A stretch of 27,231 nucleotides of DNA from Methanobrevibacter sp. Lineage in GTDB: Archaea; Methanobacteriota; Methanobacteria; Methanobacteriales; Methanobacteriaceae. Of this stretch, positions 27,118-27,231 are shown piece after piece. The stretch's first letter is position 1. The number at the start of each line of letters is the position of its first letter. Below the pieces are notes generated by a model. The model did no database searches. It was not told the origin of the DNA and worked only from the letters and a program-made list of their open reading frames with translations. The position numbers and the translations under genes are program-made. Where the stretch lies: positions 1 through 27,231 of the forward strand of contig JAITOM010000292.1 of NCBI GenBank assembly GCA_031289975.1, read 5' to 3'.

Positions 27118-27231
27118 CTACCTAATCCAAACCAAGTTTTGAGACAATATTAATTTCTTGGGAGAATCTTCAAAAAGAGGATGAACAGTATTTTCTCTAT
27201 CTTCATAAATGATTGACAATAATTCATCATG
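27118..27231 (-). CDS. 3' end of an ORF entering from outside the window; product unknown
   Basis: Stop-free frame HDELLSIIYEDRENTVHPLFEDSPKKLILSQNLVWIR* ending at TAG 27118. Confidence 0.35.
   Translation of the reverse strand, partial: HDELLSIIYEDRENTVHPLFEDSPKKLILSQNLVWIR

Noticed and set aside
1-27231. tRNA, rRNA or riboswitch genes
   Set aside because: No GC-rich structured stretch of suitable length or tRNA arm motif was seen in any intergenic region.

Overview
A very AT-rich window from a methanogenic archaeon. The Methanobacteriales/Methanobrevibacter-like assignment is inferred from an Mth810-type Hel308, methanogenesis marker 14, DUF2098, Tyw1 and GAGGTG ribosome-binding sites. 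Housekeeping genes are cstA, ilvD, hel308, moaC, tyw1, marker 14, a universal stress protein and a CaCA antiporter. The centre (10.2-16.7 kb, all minus strand) holds two restriction modules flanking a PRC-barrel gene and a DUF2098 gene. One is a Nudix gene plus a PLD-helicase-DUF3427 gene resembling the SauUSI Type IV enzyme. The other is a Type II pair: a beta-class SPPY methyltransferase fused to N-terminal HEAT repeats, and a CfrBI-like nuclease. At the right end, a DrrAB-type ABC exporter has foreign Arg codon usage and a palindromic operator against its TATA box, and is followed by a MarR-like gene. Intact genes cover only about 69% of the window (hand sum, ~18.7 of 27.2 kb). The ~1 kb spacers are nested mosaics of non-autonomous elements: four TA-flanked IS630-like families, an IS6-like MITE with a perfect 8-bp TSD, an IS4/IS231-like MITE with a 10-bp TSD, and IS200/IS605-like and gene remnants. 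No intact transposase is present. The ORF track missed a 31-aa highly basic small protein (2932-3027, minus) and most of a decayed GDPD gene. All alignments and counts were made by eye, and family names come from recalled motifs rather than searches.
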